Below are positions 1 through 4,968 of a DNA stretch of 16,337 bases, in pieces; position 1 is the stretch's first letter; each line of letters starts with the position of its first letter. This DNA is from Candidatus Eiseniibacteriota bacterium (GTDB lineage Bacteria > Eisenbacteria > RBG-16-71-46 > DASYSL01). The position numbers were made by a program, and so were the translations under genes. The notes under the pieces are model-generated. The model did no database searches, had not been told where the DNA came from, and was given only the letters and a program-made list of their open reading frames with translations. Location of the stretch: assembly GCA_046598045.1 (NCBI GenBank), contig JBKJJJ010000041.1, positions 1-16,337 of the forward strand, in the 5' to 3' direction.

Positions 1-1
1 C

Positions 2-814
2 CTCGCCGGGCTGGTCACGCCCGCGATCACACCGCTGCTTGAGCGCTATCCGTACGACGACCTGGTGACCAACCTCCGCTACGAGGGCGTGTCGCGCGCG
101 CCCTACCTGATCGACCGCGCCGACCGGCCGTACCGCATGATTTTCGAGAGCCCGTACGCGTCGTGCCTGACCGCGCTCCGCATGGGCCGCGTGGACATGC
201 GCGGCATCCAGCACCCGGAGCCGGCGTACTACACCCTCTATCGGGTCGACTGGATGGCGTTCGACCAGATCTCCGGCTCGGAGAGGCGTGCAGGTGGAGC
301 CGATGCTCCGCCCGCGATTCGGGCGGGTGGGGAGGACCGCGTGGCCATCGCGGCTCGGGACTCAACGGTGGGCCGCTCGTTCTGCGTAGTTTGGGGGGCG
401 CCGGATGGGCGAAGGAGCACGCTCGATACCTGTCGCGGAATCTTCGTCTACGACGGCGTGATGGAGCTCGACACGACCGTGGCAATGACCTGGACGCCCG
501 CCCAACTCGACAGCATGCGCCGAAAGGCAGATGCGCTCGGGATCATGGAATTGCCGACGCCCCATCCAGCCATGAAGCCGCGCGAGGATGGATTCGTCAG
601 CACAGGGGGGTCGGACTTCCACTATGTGTTGGAAGTCGAGATCGACGGCCGAAGGAAGCGTTTCGAATGGTCGGACGGGCTCGGCGACTACCAGGTTCCG
701 CGCGATCCGGACCAGTGGCGCCGGCTGCACCAGTTCACGCGCTTCCTGGACGGCATGATCGAGCGCCATCCCGCCCGGCGAGCGTTACCACAAAATCACA
801 GCGCCTACCTGTAG
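2..814 (+). CDS. Hypothetical protein, 5'-truncated by the window edge
   Basis: The frame is open from position 2 (LAGLVTPAITPLLERYPYDDLVTNLRY...) to TAG at 812-814, so GTG 65 is probably not the true start. Composition is protein-like with GC3-rich codons. No family recognised with confidence. Confidence 0.7.
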   Translation, partial: LAGLVTPAITPLLERYPYDDLVTNLRYEGVSRAPYLIDRADRPYRMIFESPYASCLTALRMGRVDMRGIQHPEPAYYTLYRVDWMAFDQISGSERRAGGADAPPAIRAGGEDRVAIAARDSTVGRSFCVVWGAPDGRRSTLDTCRGIFVYDGVMELDTTVAMTWTPAQLDSMRRKADALGIMELPTPHPAMKPREDGFVSTGGSDFHYVLEVEIDGRRKRFEWSDGLGDYQVPRDPDQWRRLHQFTRFLDGMIERHPARRALPQNHSAYL

Positions 815-825
815 CCCACGCTCCC

Positions 826-1512
826 CTACGAGAGCAGGGAGTCCGTCTTCGCGGCCATCACGAAATCATTGCGATGCAGCCCCCCGATCGCATGCGTCCA
901 CCACGAGACCGTCACGCGGCCCCACTCGGTGAGTAGCGCGGGGTGGTGGTCCTCCGCCTCGGCGGCCGCGCCGACGCGGTTCGTGAACGCGAGCGCTTCC
1001 GCGAAGTCCTTGAACTTGTAGACGCGGACCAGGCGCTTCTCGGCGTGCTCCTCCGCGACGGACCAGCCGGGCAACGTCGGCAGCAACTGCGCGATCTCTT
1101 CGGGCGAGAGGCGCGGCGCGTCGGGACGGCACGCGACGCAACGCTCGCCGGCGAGCGGATTCGGAACCATGACCACCTCCTCGAACAGGACCATGCGCTC
1201 ATGTGCACGCGACCGCCGATACGATGCCCCGTTCGGCTCGCGTTCGACGAAGCCGTCGTCGACCAGTGCGCGGCGCAGCGTGACGTGATCGACATCGACC
1301 CGCGGGCCGACCGACGCGAGCCACGCCTTGAGTCTCTCATTGAGCGACATTTCGTCGAGGGAAGCAAGGCCGAGCGATTGCGCGGCCGCATGCAGCAGGA
1401 TCCACTGGTCGCGGCGCTTGCGGGGCAGCCCGGGTCCGACGCCGCCCGCGGTGAGCGCGCGCAGGCGGCTGGCGGCGACGTCGGCCGGGATGCGTTCGGG
1501 GTCCGGGCTCAC
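826..1512 (-). CDS. DUF2087-like N-terminal domain fused to pterin-4-alpha-carbinolamine dehydratase (PhhB/PCD family), 228 aa
   Basis: GTG at 1512 overlaps the methyltransferase stop (GTGA). The C-half has PCD hallmarks: [50 protein letters not shown]. The N-half (LPRKRRDQ...EMSLNERL...[26 protein letters not shown]) resembles the DUF2087 pattern as I recall it. Confidence 0.8.
   Translation of the reverse strand: MSPDPERIPADVAASRLRALTAGGVGPGLPRKRRDQWILLHAAAQSLGLASLDEMSLNERLKAWLASVGPRVDVDHVTLRRALVDDGFVEREPNGASYRRSRAHERMVLFEEVVMVPNPLAGERCVACRPDAPRLSPEEIAQLLPTLPGWSVAEEHAEKRLVRVYKFKDFAEALAFTNRVGAAAEAEDHHPALLTEWGRVTVSWWTHAIGGLHRNDFVMAAKTDSLLS
1175..1182 (-). promoter_or_regulatory. Internal Shine-Dalgarno (GAGGAGGT) before in-frame ATG at 1170
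   Basis: The minus strand reads GAGGAGGT-GGTC-ATG GTT CCG AAT, exactly at the start of the PCD domain. Confidence 0.5.
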
Positions 1513-2405
1513 CGCCGCACGATGCGGTAGAAAAAGTGGTCCGCGCAGGTGCGCCCGAACTCCTCCTGCAGCGGCTCCGCGAGGTCCCGGTCGGTCGCGG
1601 AGGCGAATGCGCGCGCGGCCTGCTTCGCCTCCGGTGGCGTGAGCGGGCGGCCGTGGAGGGCGTGGCGCAGCACGGCGTAGTGCCCGTTGGATCCGATCGG
1701 CGTCACGCGCGCGCCGCGCCGGGCGAGGCTCTGGACGAGCGTCTCGCGGTCGACGAGACCGCAGTAATAGCCGTTCGGGAGCTGGCGCGCCTGGCGATGG
1801 CGGTTGTCCTTGCCCGCGGTCAGCAGCAGGGAGCGGTTGTTGTTGACCACGAGATAGAGCGCGCCCCTGGGCTTGAGCACGCGCATGCATTCATCGAGCG
1901 TCCTGGTCTGCAGCCAGGCGGGGAGATGCTCGAGCAGCCCGAGGCAGAGCACCGCGTCGAACGCGCGATCCGCGAACGGCAGTGCGCCCGAGAAGCCCTG
2001 CGCGAACCCGGCGCGGGTCTTCACGCGCTCGGCCTTCGCGGCGCGCACGGTCTTCGCGTGCGCCGCCTGTGCCATCGCGAATGCGTTATCCACGCCGATC
2101 AGCGTCGCACCCGAGAGCGCGAGCGGCGCCGACACGCGACCGAGTCCGCATGCGAGGTCGAGCACCTTCATGCCCTTCTTCGGCGCGAGCCCGGTCAGCA
2201 GCGTCATGGTTTCCCACACGTGGTACGCCGCGTTGACGTAGTCCGCCTCGCCCGCCGACAGGACGATCTTGAATTCGTCGCGCAGCCGGCGCCGCTCCTC
2301 GCCCCAGTAGTGCTCCGCCGCGGCGCGATTGTAGGCGGCGGCGCGCGCGGGCTTCGGCGTGGCCTTGGGCTTGCTGCGGGATCGGGACGGGGTGCGAGCG
2401 GCCAT
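1509..2405 (-). CDS. Class I SAM-dependent methyltransferase (Methyltransf_11/25-like), substrate unknown, 298 aa
   Basis: Motif [10 protein letters not shown], post-[23 protein letters not shown] and RVLKPRG are present. GGAG lies 6 nt before the ATG. Confidence 0.9.
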   Translation of the reverse strand: MAARTPSRSRSKPKATPKPARAAAYNRAAAEHYWGEERRRLRDEFKIVLSAGEADYVNAAYHVWETMTLLTGLAPKKGMKVLDLACGLGRVSAPLALSGATLIGVDNAFAMAQAAHAKTVRAAKAERVKTRAGFAQGFSGALPFADRAFDAVLCLGLLEHLPAWLQTRTLDECMRVLKPRGALYLVVNNNRSLLLTAGKDNRHRQARQLPNGYYCGLVDRETLVQSLARRGARVTPIGSNGHYAVLRHALHGRPLTPPEAKQAARAFASATDRDLAEPLQEEFGRTCADHFFYRIVRR

Positions 2406-2581
2406 GGGGAACTCCGTGTGGAACGAACGCGCGAGCGGCGCGATGCGCGCCGGGCAAACCTTGCGAAGCTAGCCGCGCCTGGGCGCGAGCGTCAAGGGCG
2501 AGAGGGAGCGGGCTGCACACCTGTGCACGCTTCGTGCCGCGCGCGCAATTCGCGTGCCGCCGCGGCCACCCCTGGACCCGC

Positions 2582-2652
2582 AAAAAAAATGCGGCACAAC
2601 CAAGTACAGACGACAAAAAAAACTTGCCGTGGAGTTTCCAGAAGTAGATAGT
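2582..2652 (+). promoter_or_regulatory. Putative sigma70-type dcw/mraZ promoter with upstream A-tracts
   Basis: A8 tracts at 2582-2589 and 2615-2622, TTGCCG (-35) at 2624-2629, 17-bp spacer, GATAGT (-10) at 2647-2652. This is the only markedly AT-rich patch in the window and sits directly upstream of the MraZ boxes. Confidence 0.5.
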
Positions 2653-2660
2653 TCGCGGCT

Positions 2661-2695
2661 GTGGGTGAAAGTGGGTGGTTGTGGTGCAGGAGGGC
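2661..2695 (+). promoter_or_regulatory. MraZ binding repeats (dcw box)
   Basis: GTGGG (2661), GTGGG (2671), GTGGT (2681) and degenerate AGGGC (2691) occur at exact 10-bp periodicity upstream of mraZ. This matches the known MraZ operator architecture. Confidence 0.85.
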
Positions 2696-2761
2696 AAATC
2701 GCTCTCGACGCGAAACTCGCGGCGCACTGCGCACCCCAAAGCACGAAGCGGGATCGGGCGC

Positions 2762-3211
2762 ATGTCGAACTTCTTCGGAAGCGAGCTGGTCACTCTCGAT
2801 GCGAAGGGGCGCCTGATCGTGCCCGCGCGCATGCGGAAGGGCCTCGCTCCCGAAGCCAACGACACGTTCGTGATCGTCCGCGGATTCGATCCCTGCGTCA
2901 ACATGTATCCCAAGGACGAGTGGAACCGCTTCGAGGGCGAGCTGCGCGCGCTCAAGCGGGGTGATGACGAGGGCCGCGACTTCGTGCGCATGTTCCTGCG
3001 CTCCGCGATCGAGTGCAGCCTCGACGCCGCGAACCGCGTGCTGCTGACGCCCGCCCAGATCGAAATGGCCGGCCTGACCCCGACGAAAGAGGTCGAGGTC
3101 ATCGGCGTGATGGACAAGATCGAGATCTGGAGCCCGAAGCGGCTCGAGACCCGCCAGGGCAGCATGGACGCGCAGAAGTTCGACGCGCTGGCAAAGAAGT
3201 TCCTGTCGTGA
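2762..3211 (+). CDS. mraZ: Division/cell wall cluster transcriptional repressor MraZ, 149 aa
   Basis: MSNFFG..TLDAKGRLIVP, RGFDPCVNMYP, LDAANRVLL, IGVMDKIEIW: two AbrB-like repeats. First gene of the dcw cluster. ATG 2762 chosen on family length. Confidence 0.96.
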   Translation: MSNFFGSELVTLDAKGRLIVPARMRKGLAPEANDTFVIVRGFDPCVNMYPKDEWNRFEGELRALKRGDDEGRDFVRMFLRSAIECSLDAANRVLLTPAQIEMAGLTPTKEVEVIGVMDKIEIWSPKRLETRQGSMDAQKFDALAKKFLS

Positions 3212-3426
3212 TGCGCGCACCTCACCCCGCGCTGGTCGAGACGCCCATGGAGGTCCCGGGCGTCCGGCCCCCCTCGACGACGACGCTGCGGAGTGTCGTC
3301 CCGGGGGGTTGCGGGGGCGGGGGGAGCGCGGTCCCAGTTCGGATGCGATGCGCCGACGCCGAGACGTTCGCGGGCGCGCGCCGGACCGAGGCGACCTGCC
3401 GGCTTGCCGCCGGAGGTCGCCGTTGA
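3211..3426 (+). CDS. Possible 71-aa leader/coupling ORF spanning the mraZ-rsmH spacer
   Basis: ATG overlaps the mraZ stop (TGATG), and its TGA (3424-3426) ends 1 nt before the rsmH GTG. The product is low-complexity with no recognisable family. Confidence 0.35.
   Translation: MRAPHPALVETPMEVPGVRPPSTTTLRSVVPGGCGGGGSAVPVRMRCADAETFAGARRTEATCRLAAGGRR
3234..3269 (+). promoter_or_regulatory. Hairpin A1 with 11-nt loop ATGGAGGTCCC
   Basis: GACGCCC (3240-3246) pairs with GGGCGTC (3258-3264). The stem extends as GGTCG/CGGCC past bulged A3239. Loop 3247-3257. Confidence 0.65.
3390..3421 (+). promoter_or_regulatory. Hairpin sequestering the rsmH Shine-Dalgarno
   Basis: GGCGACCT-g-CCGGC (3390-3403) pairs with GCCGG-AGGTCGCC (3409-3421): 13 bp, one bulge, loop TTGCC. 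GGAGGT (3412-3417) is fully paired. Confidence 0.65.
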
Positions 3427-3427
3427 C

Positions 3428-4342
3428 GTGGTCGAGCACCTTCCGGTCCTCGCCGACGAGGTCGTTCAAGCCCTCGCCGGCGGGGCGGGTTGGTACTTCG
3501 ACGCCACAGTGGGGGGAGGCGGTCATGCGGCGCGGTTGCTCCGCGCCCTGCCTGCGGAGGCCCGCCTCCTCGGTTTCGACCGCGATCCCGCCGCGCTCCT
3601 TCGCGCCGCGGATCGCTTGCACGAGTTCGGGGACCGGGTTCGCCTGGTCCGCGCTTCGTTCGACCAGCTGGGCGAGGTCATGAGGTCCGAACGTCTGGGG
3701 AGCCTTGCGGGGGCACTCTTCGACCTCGGTCTCTCCTCGCTCCAGCTGGGCGACGAAGCGCGCGGGTTCTCGTTCCAGAGCGACGCGCCACTCGACCTGC
3801 GTTTCGACCCGACGTCCGGCGAGCCCGCGTGGCGCCGCCTTGAGTCGGTGGACGAGGAGACGCTGGCCGGCTGGCTGTTCGCCTACGGCGAGTTGCGCGA
3901 GTCGCGCCGGTTGGCGCGCGCGATCGTCGAGTTCCGCAAGCGGAAGTCGCTCGAGCGCACGTCGCACCTGCTGCAAGCCGTCGAACCGGTGTGGGGCCCG
4001 CGCCCGCACCCGCGTCGCCTCGCGCAGCTCTTCCAGGCGCTGCGCATCGCGACCAACGATGAACTCGCTCGCGTCGAGCGGGGGTTGACCCAGGCTGCCG
4101 AGGCGCTCGTGCCCGGAGGCCGGCTCGCAGTCATCACCTATCACTCGCTCGAGGACCGGATCGCGAAGCGATTCCTCCAGGGCACGCTGCTCCCGAAGCG
4201 GGAGGCCCAGCTCGGATCCGTCCGGGTGGGACTTCTCGAACCGGTCACCCGGCGGGCGATCACCCCCGCGCCCGCCGAGGTCGACCACAACCCCCGAGCC
4301 GGCAGCGCGCGCCTGCGCGTCGCCCGGAGGATCGCCGCATGA
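3428..4342 (+). CDS. rsmH: 16S rRNA m4C1402 methyltransferase RsmH (MraW), 304 aa
   Basis: HLPVL..E, DATVGGGGHA, GFDRD, FDLGLSSLQL, RGFSF, FQALRIATNDEL, YHSLEDRIAK, NPRAGSARLR. GTG 3428 has GGAGGT 10 nt upstream. Confidence 0.96.
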   Translation: MVEHLPVLADEVVQALAGGAGWYFDATVGGGGHAARLLRALPAEARLLGFDRDPAALLRAADRLHEFGDRVRLVRASFDQLGEVMRSERLGSLAGALFDLGLSSLQLGDEARGFSFQSDAPLDLRFDPTSGEPAWRRLESVDEETLAGWLFAYGELRESRRLARAIVEFRKRKSLERTSHLLQAVEPVWGPRPHPRRLAQLFQALRIATNDELARVERGLTQAAEALVPGGRLAVITYHSLEDRIAKRFLQGTLLPKREAQLGSVRVGLLEPVTRRAITPAPAEVDHNPRAGSARLRVARRIAA

Positions 4343-4764
4343 AGCAGTGGAAGCCCACGCCGGTCCTGCGCCGGCGTTTCGAATTCGAGAAGAAGGGCGT
4401 GCCCCTGCTCGCGTGGGTGCTCAGCCTCGTCCTCGTCGCGACGTTCGTCGAGGTCTGGCAGGCCACCCGTGTGAGCGAGTTCACGCTCCAGATCGACCGC
4501 ACCGAGAAGGCGCTGACGCAGGCCGAGGCGAGACAGGCTTACCTCGAGTCGCAGCTCGCTGCGACGCGCACCCGGCCCGCGCTGGCGCCCCTGGCGCATA
4601 AACTCGGCATGAAGCCCGCCGAACCGTCGCAGATCGTCGTCGTGCCCGCCGAGTTCCTGGCGGGCGGAGATGCGCCGGAGGGTGGCGGCAGGACGCTCGT
4701 CGCCTTCGGTCGCCGCGTGGCCGATTTCCTGGTCCCGTCGGCGCGGGCGCGCACGCGGCACTAA
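4339..4764 (+). CDS. ftsL: Cell division protein FtsL-like, 141 aa
   Basis: Lies between rsmH and ftsI with an ATGA overlap. Basic N-tail, single TM (VPLLAWVLSLVLVATFVEVW), coiled coil, and AHKLGMKPAEPSQIVVV motif. Confidence 0.85.
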   Translation: MKQWKPTPVLRRRFEFEKKGVPLLAWVLSLVLVATFVEVWQATRVSEFTLQIDRTEKALTQAEARQAYLESQLAATRTRPALAPLAHKLGMKPAEPSQIVVVPAEFLAGGDAPEGGGRTLVAFGRRVADFLVPSARARTRH

Positions 4765-4798
4765 CACAGCACCCGTTTTCGGTCACGCGTCCACCCGC

Positions 4799-4831
4799 GC
4801 GGCCGCCGCATGGAGGTCCCGCGGCGGCCGC
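4799..4831 (+). promoter_or_regulatory. Hairpin A2 with 11-nt loop ATGGAGGTCCC
   Basis: GCGGCCGCCGC (4799-4809) pairs perfectly with GCGGCGGCCGC (4821-4831). The loop (4810-4820) is identical to that of hairpin A1. Confidence 0.7.
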
Positions 4832-4921
4832 AGCCCCCCCCTGAAGGGGCAAGCGGAACGTTCTCAGTCCCGATCCTTCCCCGTGACGTGCCGGTCCGCG
4901 CCGGCGCCCGCAGGGAGCCAC

Positions 4922-4965
4922 CCCTCCCCGGCCAGCGACCCCGCCCCCGCGGGCTCGCCGGAGGG
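4922..4965 (+). promoter_or_regulatory. Hairpin sequestering the ftsI Shine-Dalgarno
   Basis: Inner stem GCGA-c-CCCGC (4935-4944) pairs with GCGGG-c-TCGC (4949-4958), loop CCCC. Outer CCCTCC (4922-4927) is complementary to GGAGGG (4960-4965). Confidence 0.5.
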
Positions 4966-4968
4966 TTC

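Noticed and set aside
820..842. Small hairpin GCTCCC...GGGAGT between the convergent stops
   Set aside because: Short stem, large loop and no U-tract on either strand, so not supportable as a terminator.
1513..1890. N-terminal 126 codons of ORF 826..1890
   Set aside because: Overlaps the methyltransferase in another frame and is Arg/Pro-rich noise. The GTGA-coupled start at 1512 fits better.
2675..2761. N-terminal extension of MraZ from GTG 2675
   Set aside because: The start lies within the MraZ boxes and has no RBS. Family similarity begins at ATG 2762.
3020..3040. Second MraZ repeat reads DAANR rather than DxxGR
   Set aside because: A single substitution in an otherwise intact protein with an intact operator; insufficient to claim altered function.
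3293..3427. 45-codon N-terminal extension of RsmH
   Set aside because: No RsmH-like sequence before HLPV, and GTG 3428 has a perfect SD.
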